This document shows positions 17,936 through 28,435 of a DNA stretch of 47,671 nucleotides, one piece after another. The notes under the pieces are model-generated. The model had not been told where the DNA came from. It ran no database searches and was given only the letters and a program-made list of their open reading frames with translations. A program made the translations under genes and the position numbers. Each line of letters begins with the position of its first letter. The stretch's first letter is position 1. Origin of the DNA: Chthonomonadaceae bacterium (GTDB lineage: Bacteria > Armatimonadota > Chthonomonadetes > Chthonomonadales > Chthonomonadaceae); contig DASRGZ010000125.1 in assembly GCA_035650735.1 (NCBI GenBank), positions 1-47,671 of the forward strand, written 5' to 3'.

Positions 17936-20134
17936 ATGCTAGAGACACTTCCTCACAACCCTATCACGAGCGCAGCCACCCTCTTCGGTCACGATCCCAC
18001 TGAGTGCCTTGTCGCCGTCGAGCCGGACCGGGAAGAGGGCGTCTGGCTCTACTTCCGGGAGAAGGATGGCGTGCGGCGCGCGCGCGCGCCCTACAAGCCC
18101 TGGATTCTGCTCACGGAGCCGCCGACCATTCCGCTGCCCGGCGCGCAACTTACCGAGTTGGAGGGCGAAGGCTACCGGATATTGGCCGAGTTCACGAACC
18201 AAGCGGCCTACCAGGAGGCCCGTTTCCGCGTTCGCGACGAGCACATCGAGCACCTGACCTATCCCGGCGGCGCCAAGATGGTCCTGATCCGCTCCGGCCA
18301 GACCCTCTTCAAGGGCATGACCTTTCAGGACATCACGCGCTTCCAGTTCGACATTGAGACGGACGGCCTGACGCCGGAGCCGGAGAACAACCGCATCCTG
18401 CTGATCGCCGTCGCCGACAATCGCGGCCTGCTGGAACTGCTGGAGGGGGACGAGGAGGAGATTCTGGAGCGCTTTGCCGCCTGCATCCGCCAGCGCGACC
18501 CGGACGTGATCGAGGGGCACAACGTATTCGGGTTCGACTTCCCGTTTGTTCTGGAGCGCGCGCGACGGCATGGCGTGCGGCTGACCCTCGGACGCGACGG
18601 CTCCGAGCCGCGCGCGGGCCAGGAGCGCAACTACGCCATCGGCGGCATCTCCCGCCCATTCACGCCCCTCTATATTCACGGGCGGCACATTCTGGATACC
18701 TACCTCATCGTGCAGCGGTTCGACTGGTCGCGCGGCGCGCTCACCAGCTACAACCTCAAGGAGTGCGCGCGTGTGTTCGGCTTTGCGGAGCGCGACCGCG
18801 TAGAACTGCCGCAGGCCGAGATAGCCCGGCTCTATCGCGAAGACCCGGAGCGCGTGCGAACGTACGCCCTTCACGATGTCATTGAGACAGGCCGGCTGGC
18901 CGAATTGATCACCCCCGTAGAGTTCTACCAGACGCAGATGGTGCCGGATAACTACGGCCAGGTGGCCGTCAGCGGCAACGGCGAGAAGATCAACGCCCTC
19001 TTTATCCGCGCCTATCTCGCTGCCGGGAAGGCCGTCGCGCGCACCTCTCCGGCGCGTGCCTACGCGGGCGGCTTCTCCGAGGTGCGCCTCACCGGCGTGC
19101 TGGATAGGGTGGTCAAAGCGGACGTGGAGAGCCTGTACCCCAGCCTGATGCTGACTCACAAGATCGGCCCGGCTTCAGATACACTCGGCATCTTTCTGCC
19201 CGGCCTGCGCGACCTCACCCAGCGCCGCCTGGAGGCCAAGCGCAAAGCGGCGGAGAGTCTGGGCAAGGGGAATGGAGAGCAGCCTGCCCTGGATTTCCAT
19301 TACTGGGATGGGCTGCAAGCCTCCTTCAAGGTGCTGATCAACTCCTTCTATGGCTACCTGGGCGGGCCGTTCAACTGGAACGATTACGACGCCGCCGAGA
19401 AGGTCACGGAAATGGGCCGGGAATTGGTGCAGGACGTGGCGAACCGTATGGAGGCCACCGGCAGCAAGATCATCGAGATAGATACGGACGGCGTCTATTT
19501 CGTGCCGCCGGAGGACGTGCAGGGAGAGGAGGCGGAGCGCGCCTATATCGCCTCCATCGGCGCGGCGCTGCCGGAGGGCATCCGACTGGCCTTCGATGGG
19601 CGCTATGCCACCATGCTCTCGGTCAAGACCAAGAACTACGTTCTTGTCACCTACGACGGGCGCAAAATATTCAAGGGCGCCTCGCTGCGCTCCCGCGCCG
19701 ACGAGCGTTACGGACGCCGTTTCCTGGCTCAGGCGGTGGATTGCCTGCTCAAGCACGATTTCGACGGCCTGGCCGCCCTCTACGCGGACACCATTGACGC
19801 CCTGATGCAGCGCCGTATCCCCATTGACGATCTGGCGCGGCGCGAGCGCGTCACCGAAAAGACCTTCCAGAGCGAGCAGAAGCGGCGTGCCGCCGCCGTT
19901 GCCGCCGGGGTTTCGGTCGGCGAGTACGTCCTGGTCTACGAAAGGGCCAACGGCGAACTGGGCCGACTGGAAGAGTACGCTGGCGACGAGAACACCAAGT
20001 ATTACATGGATAAGCTCTACAAGTTCGCCCGGCGGCTGGAAGATGCCTTCGGCGGCGCGTTCGACCACTACATCCCGAAGCCGACCGCGCAGGGCCTTCC
20101 CAAACAACTGCAAACCACGCTGGACCTGTTCTAA
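17936..20134 (+). CDS. polB: Family-B DNA polymerase with 3'-5' exonuclease
   Basis: ExoI FDIET, ExoII GHNVFGFDF, ExoIII YALHD; polymerase motifs DVESLYPS, KVLINSFYG and IDTDG; C-terminal QTTLDLF. Confidence 0.93.
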   Translation: MLETLPHNPITSAATLFGHDPTECLVAVEPDREEGVWLYFREKDGVRRARAPYKPWILLTEPPTIPLPGAQLTELEGEGYRILAEFTNQAAYQEARFRVRDEHIEHLTYPGGAKMVLIRSGQTLFKGMTFQDITRFQFDIETDGLTPEPENNRILLIAVADNRGLLELLEGDEEEILERFAACIRQRDPDVIEGHNVFGFDFPFVLERARRHGVRLTLGRDGSEPRAGQERNYAIGGISRPFTPLYIHGRHILDTYLIVQRFDWSRGALTSYNLKECARVFGFAERDRVELPQAEIARLYREDPERVRTYALHDVIETGRLAELITPVEFYQTQMVPDNYGQVAVSGNGEKINALFIRAYLAAGKAVARTSPARAYAGGFSEVRLTGVLDRVVKADVESLYPSLMLTHKIGPASDTLGIFLPGLRDLTQRRLEAKRKAAESLGKGNGEQPALDFHYWDGLQASFKVLINSFYGYLGGPFNWNDYDAAEKVTEMGRELVQDVANRMEATGSKIIEIDTDGVYFVPPEDVQGEEAERAYIASIGAALPEGIRLAFDGRYATMLSVKTKNYVLVTYDGRKIFKGASLRSRADERYGRRFLAQAVDCLLKHDFDGLAALYADTIDALMQRRIPIDDLARRERVTEKTFQSEQKRRAAAVAAGVSVGEYVLVYERANGELGRLEEYAGDENTKYYMDKLYKFARRLEDAFGGAFDHYIPKPTAQGLPKQLQTTLDLF

Positions 20135-20197
20135 CCCCGGCCCTTTACGGACGGGCTGCTAACCGTTTCCGCACGCGCTCCAGGCAAAGGAATAACT

Positions 20198-22669
20198 GTG
20201 ATAGGCTGCATACTGACCACCGCGCTTCTTGTCGGGCTGGGGGCGCTGTCGGCTTCCGCCGCCTCCCAGGCCGAGCCGCCTCCCCTCCTCTGGTACGATA
20301 CGCCGACGACGGAGTACATGAGCGGCCTGCCCCTCGGCAACGGGCACATCGGCGCGATGGTGCTGGGCACGCCCGACAGCGCACGTATCGCCCTGAACCA
20401 CCAGTGGCTCTGGCGCGGCAAGACGCGCGGTCGCAAGAACCCCGACGTCGCCCACAACCTGCCGGAGATACGCCGCCTGTTTTTCGAGGGCCGGATCGTG
20501 GAGGCGAGCCGCAAGGCCAACACCGAGCTGGGCACGCTGCCCGAAACCGGTGTAGATCCCTATCAGCCCTTTGGCGACCTGTTGCTGCGCTTCCCCGGCC
20601 ACGTACACTATAGTGACTACCGCCGAGAACTCGATCTCTCCACCGGCATCGCCCGCACAACCTACCGTGTCGGCGGCGTCACCTACACCCAAGAGGTCTT
20701 CCTCTCTCGGCCCGACAACGTTCTCGTCCTGCGTCTGACTGCCGATCGGCCCGGCGCCCTCAACGGCGATATCGAGCTTTCGCGCGTTCCCGATCCGGAG
20801 TGCGCGCTGCAAGCCGAGGCGGAAGCGAATACCATAAGGCTGCGCGGCTGGTTCCCGGAGTTCGGCAAGCCAGGAGAGGCGCCGCCGACGCTGGATGCGG
20901 AGGCGCGCGCCTTTGCCCCGGATGGCGATCTCATCTCCGGCATGGACTCCGTACGTCCCCATGGGGTCGTTCTGCATGTTCGCGGGGCCAGTTCCGTAAC
21001 GCTGATGCTGGCAATGGCAACTTCTAACGAAGATAGAGTGCGCGGTCGGGAGCCGACGAATGCTGTGACCTATGCGCGGTCTACCCTGGAGCGCGCCCTT
21101 CGCCGCACGCAGGGCGACTTCGACAGGCTGCGCGCCCGGCATATCACCGCGCACCGGAAGCTGTTCGACCGCGTGCGCCTGCGCCTGGACAGCGACGCCC
21201 GCGCCGATGTCTCGATAGATCGGCGGCTGGCCGATCTGAAGGCGGGCCAGCCTGACCCCGCCCTGGAGGCCCTCTACTTCCACTATGGCCGCTATCTGCT
21301 GATGAGCAGCAGCGCGCCGGGCGGCCTGCCCGCCAACTTACAGGGCCTCTGGAACGAAGATCTGCGCCCGCCCTGGGACGCCGATTTTCACCACGACATC
21401 AACCTCGAGATGAACTACTGGCCCGCCGAGGTCACGAACCTTTCCGAATGCCACATCCCGCTGTTCGACCACTGCGAGCGGCTGGCGCAGCGCGGTCGTG
21501 AGGCGGCAAAGGCCCTCTACGGCTGCCGGGGCATCTACATCCCTATCGTCTCCGACCCCTGGGCGCTGGCCAACAAGACGCAGGACGGCTGGAGCGAGTG
21601 GACGGGCGCCGCTCCCTGGCTGGCTGAGCACTTCTGGTGGCACTACGAGTTCACGGGCGATAAGGCGTTTCTGGCGCAGCGTGCCTATCCGTTTCTGAAG
21701 GAGGCCGCCGCCTTCTTCGAGGACTACCTGGTGGAAGACCCGCGCCCGAACAGCAAATGGCGCGGGCGGCTGGTCACGGTGCCATCGCAATCGCCGGAAA
21801 ATCGCTTCGTCGGTGGGATCGCTCCAGTATCGCTATGCATCGGCGCGACGATGGACTTCGAGCTTATCCACGACCTCATTACCCATCTGATCGCCGCCTC
21901 GGAGATTTTGGGCGTGGATGCGGAGCGGCGAGCCGACTGGCGGCGCCTGCTGGAGCGCCTTCCACCCTTGCAGATCGGCAAGTACGGCCAGCTTCAGGAG
22001 TGGCTGGAGGATTACGATGAGGTCGAGCCGGGGCACCGGCACTTCTCCCACCTGTTCGCCCTCTTTCCCGGCGACCAGATCACGCCGGAAACCACGCCCG
22101 AACTTGCCAGAGCCGCGCGTATCTCTCTGGAGCGCCGGCTGGCCCATAGTGGCGGGCACACGGGCTGGAGCCGCTCCTGGGTCGTCGGATTTTGGGCGCG
22201 GCTTGGCGAAGGGGATAAAGCCGAGGAGCACCTGCGCCACCTCATCGCCGATTTTGCCACCATCAGCCTGCTCGACCTGCACCCACCGCGCATCTTCCAA
22301 ATTGACGGCAACTTTGGCGGCACGGCGGGCATTGCGGAGATGCTGCTGCAAAGCCATAACGGTGTGGTGCGGCTGCTTCCGGCCCTGCCCCATGCCTGGC
22401 CGTCCGGGGCGGTGCGCGGGCTGCGGGCGCGCGGCGGATTGCAGGTTTCTCTAACCTGGGAGCACGGCAAGGCGACGGGCGCGACCCTGCAAAGCGATCA
22501 TGGTGGCCTCTGCCGCGTGCGCCCGCCCGCCGGACAGACGATCTCTAGCGCCGCCATAGGGCGCAAAAAGATCGCGGTTCAGCCTCTTGGCGAACGGAAC
22601 GAGGTAGAAATCGCGTACCCCGCAGGCAAGCCGGTCTCCCTGCGCTTTGCCGATAGCAACCGTAAATAG
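20198..22669 (+). CDS. Secreted GH95 glycoside hydrolase (alpha-1,2-L-fucosidase-like)
   Basis: Signal peptide; [40 protein letters not shown] and FQIDGNFG motifs. Confidence 0.95.
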   Translation: MIGCILTTALLVGLGALSASAASQAEPPPLLWYDTPTTEYMSGLPLGNGHIGAMVLGTPDSARIALNHQWLWRGKTRGRKNPDVAHNLPEIRRLFFEGRIVEASRKANTELGTLPETGVDPYQPFGDLLLRFPGHVHYSDYRRELDLSTGIARTTYRVGGVTYTQEVFLSRPDNVLVLRLTADRPGALNGDIELSRVPDPECALQAEAEANTIRLRGWFPEFGKPGEAPPTLDAEARAFAPDGDLISGMDSVRPHGVVLHVRGASSVTLMLAMATSNEDRVRGREPTNAVTYARSTLERALRRTQGDFDRLRARHITAHRKLFDRVRLRLDSDARADVSIDRRLADLKAGQPDPALEALYFHYGRYLLMSSSAPGGLPANLQGLWNEDLRPPWDADFHHDINLEMNYWPAEVTNLSECHIPLFDHCERLAQRGREAAKALYGCRGIYIPIVSDPWALANKTQDGWSEWTGAAPWLAEHFWWHYEFTGDKAFLAQRAYPFLKEAAAFFEDYLVEDPRPNSKWRGRLVTVPSQSPENRFVGGIAPVSLCIGATMDFELIHDLITHLIAASEILGVDAERRADWRRLLERLPPLQIGKYGQLQEWLEDYDEVEPGHRHFSHLFALFPGDQITPETTPELARAARISLERRLAHSGGHTGWSRSWVVGFWARLGEGDKAEEHLRHLIADFATISLLDLHPPRIFQIDGNFGGTAGIAEMLLQSHNGVVRLLPALPHAWPSGAVRGLRARGGLQVSLTWEHGKATGATLQSDHGGLCRVRPPAGQTISSAAIGRKKIAVQPLGERNEVEIAYPAGKPVSLRFADSNRK

Positions 22670-22722
22670 GTTTCCGCTTTGTCCTCCGCAGCAGGAGTAG
22701 AAGGAGAAAGGAGGTCAAGAGG

Positions 22723-23118
22723 ATGGCAATCTCACTGACAATATACGATGAGACGTTGTTTGGCGCGACAGACGACGGGCTGACACTGGACTTTCTCTCA
22801 GAAACCATCACCGTGCGCGAACTCATCCGCGAACGCGTCTATGAAGCGGTGCGGCTCTACAATGCCACGACGCCGGAGTATTTTCGCGGCCTCGTACAGC
22901 CGACCAACGCCGAAGCGACCCTCAACGGGCATCGGCTGCGAGAACGACGGCGTGTGGACTGGGAGAAGCAGTATCGGCTCGCGTTGGAAGCCTTCCAGCG
23001 CAACCGCTTCTTTATCCTTGTGGACGACCGGCAGGTCGAATCGCTGGAGGATACCATTCGCCTCACTCCCACGACTCAGGTCAGCTTCGTGAAACTCGTG
23101 CCGCTCGTTGGCGGATAG
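22723..23118 (+). CDS. Conserved hypothetical protein with ubiquitin-like (ThiS/MoaD) features and C-terminal GG
   Basis: AAGGAGG RBS; ITVRELI helix; C-terminal FFILVDDRQVESLEDTIRLTPTTQVSFVKLVPLVGG*. Confidence 0.8.
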   Translation: MAISLTIYDETLFGATDDGLTLDFLSETITVRELIRERVYEAVRLYNATTPEYFRGLVQPTNAEATLNGHRLRERRRVDWEKQYRLALEAFQRNRFFILVDDRQVESLEDTIRLTPTTQVSFVKLVPLVGG

Positions 23119-23128
23119 GAAACCGTCT

Positions 23129-25405
23129 ATGTTCCGCTTTCTGCGGTCAACCAATGCGAACCAGATCCCGGAAGTTATTTCAGAGGCCAATCTACAGCGC
23201 GAAGCAGAGCGCCTGCTAAAAGCCTACCGTGCGGAGATCGGCATGCATGGAATGTGAAACCGTCCGATTACGCCACCGGGCGTGCTATCCTCGACGCCGA
23301 GCCACGACTTCAGATCCACATTCTCTACGCGATTTTCCAAAATCTCGACTATGGCTGGACGTTGAATTCCTTACATAACAACCTGTTCGCGCGCAGCCTG
23401 CCCTGGACGGCAATGGATCTGGAGCGCCTGCTGGCGCGCAGGACAGAGCAGAGGCTTTACACTGGCGATTGGAGCGGCGTGCTGCGAACGGTACAGCGCT
23501 TTCTGGAGCAGGGAAACCATCTCACTCCCGCTATGGAGACCTCGCTGCGCGTTATGCGGAAGTGGCTAACAGCAACGCAGGGAGCGGAAGTCCGCAAACT
23601 GAACGCGCGGATAAGCGCGTTGCTGGGCGAAGAGAAAGCCGCCCTGCCCGACGCCGGGGAGACCTGGGCGGACGCCGCGCTGGCCGACATTGCCGCGCTG
23701 CCTCAAGAGAAGCAGACCGCTTGGAAGCGCCTGCTGGCGCACGCGCAAGATTCGGAGGGCGCGAAACCGACAGCCGCCTGGCGTAAGGAAGCCAAAGCCT
23801 GCGTTACGGGGGTGGGGGAGGGGGCGTTCCGGGAACACGTTGCCCGCTGGTTCGCCGCCGTGACCGCGCCGCCCATGCAGACGCTCCGGCACGAGTACAA
23901 CGGGCGCGTCTATGAAACACATCAGAGTGGCGCAAGCGACCGGAATATCAGCCTGCTCAAAGGGCTGGCGTGGCTGTGCGCCGACTATACCGAACCGGAG
24001 ATTGCCCGCGCGCTGGCAAAGCTGACGGAGAGCAGCCTGAAGAAAATACCGGGGAGTGGCCCCTGGGCTGTGCGCGCCGCAACCGCCGCTATCTGGTCTC
24101 TGACGGAGATGGGCTGTGCCGAGGCGGTCGGGCCGTTGGGGCGATTGAAAACCAAAGTCACGTTCCGTACCGCGCTTAACCGGAAAGATGCCCACGGCGC
24201 AGAAAGCACGCTTCGACTCTTTCTATCTGCCGGAGCGCGTCTGGACGCTGCGGAACTGGCGCGAGCGCTTTGCAGAGCATCCGATCCTGGGCCATATTGC
24301 GCGGCGGCTTATCTGGCATTTCTCCGAGGGCGAGCGCAGAGCGCAGGGCATCTGGAGTGACGCGCACGGCGGCTTTGTGGATGCCGGCAACGCGCCGATC
24401 TCTTGGCTTACCGAGGGAACCGAGGTGCGCCTATGGCACCCCATCGGTTTCGATGTGGATACCATCCTTCAATGGCGCAACTACCTGCAAGAGCATGGGA
24501 TCGTGCAGCCGTGCAAGCAGGCGTACCGGGAAGTCTATATTCTGACGGAGGCCGAACTGCGCGCGCGGACCTATTCCAACCGTTTCGCCGGACACATTCT
24601 CAAGCAGCATCAGATGAATTCGCTGGCGGCCCTGCGCGGCTGGAAAAATAGGCTGCGCCTGATGGTAGACGATGTCTATCCGCCCGCCTGCAAGGAGTTG
24701 CCGGAATACGGCCTGCGCGCCGAGTTCTGGATCGAGGGCGTCGGCGAAAACTACGGCACGGACACCACGGAGTCGGGGGCGTACCGCTACCTGACGACCG
24801 ATCAGGTGCGCTTCTATCGGATGGACGCGCCGGAGAACTACGCCCATGCGGGCGGCGGCGGATATTCCAGCGGGCGGTGGGGAGCGAATGCAGAGCCGGG
24901 GACACCGCTGCCGCTCACGGAGGTTCCCGCGCTCGTCTTCTCGAAGGTCATGCGGGATGTGGATATGTTCGTCGGCGTGTGCAGCGTCGGCAACGACCCG
25001 ACCTGGCAGGATGGGGGGCCGCAGGGACGCTATCAGAATTACTGGTCGGACTACTCCTTCGGCGACCTCTCCGCGACCGCCCAGACTCGCCGTGAGGTAT
25101 TGGAGCGCCTGCTGCCCCGGCGGAAAATCGCCGCGCGCTGTACGCTCACGGATAAGTTTCTGGTGGTGCGCGGCGACCTGCGTACCTACAAGATTCACCT
25201 GGGCAGCGGCAACATTTTGATGGAGCCTAACGACCAGTATCTCTGCATTGTGCAGGACAGGAGCGCTGTAAAGAACGAGGCGGCGGTGAATTTTCTGCCG
25301 TTTGAGGGGGACCAGCGGCTCGCGCTGATTCTGAGCAAAGCCTTCCTGCTGGCGGAAGATACCCGCATCACCGACCCGACCATCACCCGACAGATCAAGC
25401 CCTAA
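23129..25405 (+). pseudogene. DUF4132-domain protein, frameshifted with probable internal deletion
   Basis: The ATG 23129 frame stops at 23255-23257 and continues in another frame (VKPSDY..). A second frame break near 24180 joins KVTFRTALN to (GKM)PTAQKARFD. C-terminal ARRLIW, LWHP, QP.KQAYREVY, YSNRFAGH and YKIHLGSGNI are DUF4132-type motifs. Confidence 0.8.
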
Positions 25406-25411
25406 GGAACG

Positions 25412-25444
25412 GGACCGGCATAAATTTTCATTTCATGCCGGTCC
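25412..25444 (+). terminator. Hairpin after the DUF4132 gene
   Basis: GGACCGGCAT / ATGCCGGTCC 10-bp stem. Confidence 0.5.
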
Positions 25445-25695
25445 AAATCAGAAACGAAACGGCCTGTAGCGCGTCTAAATGGGTGTAAGGGGACAGCGAA
25501 CGCGGTGAAGGCATTCAGACCGCCGGCCTTCGCCGCTCGACCCAGCATGCAGACCGTTCTTTTCCCGCTCCCTGGAAAATGAGTAGACATCCCCCGTCGT
25601 GTAGATGTACCTGTTCGCTGCCTGATTTCTTGAGAGGCCTCCAGGCAGGAGCGAGGAATTACTGAAAAACGCGCGGACGGATATTTGCCGGCATC

Positions 25696-25749
25696 TACGA
25701 AGAATGCCGTAATTTTTTGTTGACAATTACGAAGCCCTTCGTATACAAT
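25696..25749 (+). promoter_or_regulatory. Promoter with tandem BlaI-type operators
   Basis: TTGACA (25720-25725) N18 TACAAT (25744-25749). Perfect palindrome TACGAAG-CC-CTTCGTA (25728-25743) lies in the spacer; a second imperfect 16-mer TACGAAGAATGCCGTA is at 25696-25711. Confidence 0.8.
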
Positions 25750-25782
25750 GCCTCTAATCTCTTGGAAAGGAGGAGAGGTCCG

Positions 25783-26175
25783 ATGAGCCGACGCAAATCT
25801 GCTCCCCGGCCCACCGACGCGGAGCTGAGCATCCTGCGTGTGCTCTGGCGGTGCGGCCCCAGCACCGTCCGCGAGGTGCACGAACAGCTCAGCCGCGAAC
25901 GGCCCATGGTCTACACCACCGTGCTCAAACTCCTGCAGATCATGACCGAGAAGGGCCTGGTCACGCGAGAAGATGCCGGACGCGCCCATATCTATCAGGC
26001 GGCGCAGTCCGAAGAGTATGCCCAGCGGACGCTGGTGGGCGATCTGCTGGATCGCGTCTTTGGCGGCTCGGCCCAGAAACTGGTCCTGCAGGCGCTGACA
26101 GCCCGCAAAGCGTCTCCGGAGGAGCTGGCCGAGATACGCAAGCTTCTTGATGAGCTAGAAGGCGGTGAATCATGA
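25783..26175 (+). CDS. BlaI/MecI/CopY family transcriptional repressor
   Basis: PTDAELSILRVLW..GPSTVREV..YTTVLKLLQIMTEKGLV..FGGSAQKLV. Confidence 0.95.
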   Translation: MSRRKSAPRPTDAELSILRVLWRCGPSTVREVHEQLSRERPMVYTTVLKLLQIMTEKGLVTREDAGRAHIYQAAQSEEYAQRTLVGDLLDRVFGGSAQKLVLQALTARKASPEELAEIRKLLDELEGGES

Positions 26176-28349
26176 TACTTCTGGAACACCTGCTGCAACA
26201 TCCTTTCATCCGACCGCTGGGATGGTCCCTGCTCCATTTTCTCTGGCAGGGCACGGTTGTCGCCATGCTCCTGGCGGCGCTGCTCCGGCTGCTACATACC
26301 CGCACAGCCCAGGCGCGCTATCTGGCCGCCTGCGCCGCCCTGCTGATCCTGGCCCTCTGCCCGGTCCTCACGCTGCTGGCGCTGCAATCCCAACCTGATC
26401 GCGCCTCCGTACCTTCCGTAGCGGTGTCTACCGCTTCTCCTGCGCGCTTCCGGAATCAATTGCACCCTTTGCCATCTGTTGTCATAGAGGAGGTACATTC
26501 GGCCCCGCTGTCCGGCCTGGCAGGGCAGGGGACGGCAGCGCGCGCCGTGGAGCGGTCACTGCCCGGACTGGTAGCGGCCTGGCTGCTCGGCGTGCTTGTC
26601 CTTTTGCTGCGGCTGCTGGGCGGCTGGATTCACGTTCGGCGGCTGTCCCGGCTGCAGACTCGCCCGCTAACCGGCTGGCTGCAGGCCCGAACGGAGGAAC
26701 TGGCCCGGCAAATGGGCATTACCCGCCCCCTTCTGCTGCTTGAATCGGCCATCGTGCAGGTTCCTACGGTCGTCGGCTGGCTGCATATCCTGATCCTGGT
26801 TCCCGTCAGCGCCCTGTCCGGCCTGACGCCCCAGATGCTTGAATCACTGCTGGCCCATGAGTTGGCGCACGTGCGCCGTTACGATTACCTGGTCAACCTG
26901 ATCCAGATTCTCCTCGAAACGCTGCTATTCTACCATCCGGCAACGTGGTGGGTCTCCCAGCAGATCCGCCTGGAGCGCGAGCACTGTTGCGACGATCTGG
27001 CCGTGCAGGTGATCGGCGACCGCGTGGGCTACGCTCGCGCCCTGGCCTCCCTGGAAGAGCTGCGCGCGGTTCCCTCCCAACTGGCCCTGGCCGGCAGCGG
27101 CGGCGATCTGCTGGCGCGCGTACGTCGTCTCCTGGGGCTGCCCTCTTCCCGGACCAGCCCGACCCCCGCCAGCATAGCCCTCACCATCACGGCAGCGGTC
27201 GTTACAATCGGCGTGGCCGCGCTGCGCCTGAATGGCGTCCTTCTGGAGAATGGCGATAGGGCGCAGGAACCGGCGCACCCGGCGGCAACGGCATGGAGAG
27301 CACCACTGGCGCGCAGCGCGGCAGCGCAGCCCCTTCCCAGGCCGACCCCACAGCCGCTCATGGCGATGGCAAGCGCCCCTCCCGGTCCCCACAGCGCAAG
27401 GATTTTCCATGCGATCTGGCAGGTGAGGCGCGTCACTCCTTCCTCCCGCGTGCAGCCTGCTGTCTACGAAAGGAACCAGGACTTTTCATCGCCCTTCCTC
27501 CTTCCGTCCTCCGCCTTCCTTCTTGCTTTTCAGAGCAGAGGCGAGCGGGAGGGCATTCCCCTTCAGGCGGCATCCCACAACAGTCCTCGGCGTTTGCTGA
27601 CAGCGCAGAAGCAAGTGGTCCATTCCGCTCCAAAAGCGCAGGCGGCGCCGGAGCCCGTGCCTGTCCAGAAGACACAACCGGGGCCGACCTGGCTCCGAGA
27701 AACCGCCATGTCCCTCCTTGCCACAGAGGCTCCCACATCCGCATCTGGCCCTCGCCTGGCCGGGTACGATTCAATAGAGGTAAAGCGAGCCGGCGCCGCG
27801 TTATCTTCCAATACGAGTGAAACCCCCGCGCAGGAAGAACCGTCCTGGAATAACAAGACAAGTGAAGAGCCAGAGACCAATGGAGAGCCGGCAGAGCCGC
27901 AAGCGGCTCCGGAGGAATCCGGACCGGATGCAGCCGACAACGAGCCTGCGGAGCCTCCTGCCGCGGAAAGCCCGGCGGAGAATGCCGAAGAGCCTGACGT
28001 GAAATCGGCGGAGCCGGCAGAGACCGAGCCCTGCCCGCAAGCCGAGGCGCCCGAGGAATCAGAGGAACCGGAGGAGCCTGCGGACCCGGCCGATCTGGAG
28101 GATCGCATCGCGGCCCTGCGCGCGCAGATACGTCAGATCTCCTCGCGGCTGGATGAGAGCGACCTGACGGCAGAGCAAACCTTGCGGCTTGCTGTGCGAC
28201 TCTACCGCCTGGGCGCGGAGATGCAGCGCGTGGTGCTACAGCGCCTGACCGCAGAAGCGCGGCGGATAGAAGCGAAATCGCAGCGCGCTACGCAGCCCGC
28301 GCTCCTCGAACGCCCGGCCAAAGCGCCGGAGCGGAAGCCGTCCTGCTAG
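26172..28349 (+). CDS. M56 family (BlaR1-like) membrane metallopeptidase with long low-complexity C-terminus
   Basis: ATGA coupling to blaI; LGWSLLHFLWQG, HELAHVRRYD, FYHPATWW, EREHCCD and YARAL motifs. Confidence 0.92.
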   Translation: MILLEHLLQHPFIRPLGWSLLHFLWQGTVVAMLLAALLRLLHTRTAQARYLAACAALLILALCPVLTLLALQSQPDRASVPSVAVSTASPARFRNQLHPLPSVVIEEVHSAPLSGLAGQGTAARAVERSLPGLVAAWLLGVLVLLLRLLGGWIHVRRLSRLQTRPLTGWLQARTEELARQMGITRPLLLLESAIVQVPTVVGWLHILILVPVSALSGLTPQMLESLLAHELAHVRRYDYLVNLIQILLETLLFYHPATWWVSQQIRLEREHCCDDLAVQVIGDRVGYARALASLEELRAVPSQLALAGSGGDLLARVRRLLGLPSSRTSPTPASIALTITAAVVTIGVAALRLNGVLLENGDRAQEPAHPAATAWRAPLARSAAAQPLPRPTPQPLMAMASAPPGPHSARIFHAIWQVRRVTPSSRVQPAVYERNQDFSSPFLLPSSAFLLAFQSRGEREGIPLQAASHNSPRRLLTAQKQVVHSAPKAQAAPEPVPVQKTQPGPTWLRETAMSLLATEAPTSASGPRLAGYDSIEVKRAGAALSSNTSETPAQEEPSWNNKTSEEPETNGEPAEPQAAPEESGPDAADNEPAEPPAAESPAENAEEPDVKSAEPAETEPCPQAEAPEESEEPEEPADPADLEDRIAALRAQIRQISSRLDESDLTAEQTLRLAVRLYRLGAEMQRVVLQRLTAEARRIEAKSQRATQPALLERPAKAPERKPSC

Positions 28350-28380
28350 CCCCCGTAGCAAGGCGGATAGCGTTCCGCGC

Positions 28381-28435
28381 GTACTGCTGCCCGGTTTCCA
28401 CGGTTCGCCCCCTTGTGGAAACCGGGCAGCAGTAC
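28381..28435. terminator. 21-bp perfect inverted repeat
   Basis: GTACTGCTGCCCGGTTTCCAC (28381-28401) / GTGGAAACCGGGCAGCAGTAC (28415-28435), 13-nt loop, no U-tract. Confidence 0.65.

Noticed and set aside
17936..20134. Prophage, casposon or pipolin around polB
   Set aside because: Flanked by serA and GH95, with no integrase, Cas1, terminal repeats or structural genes.
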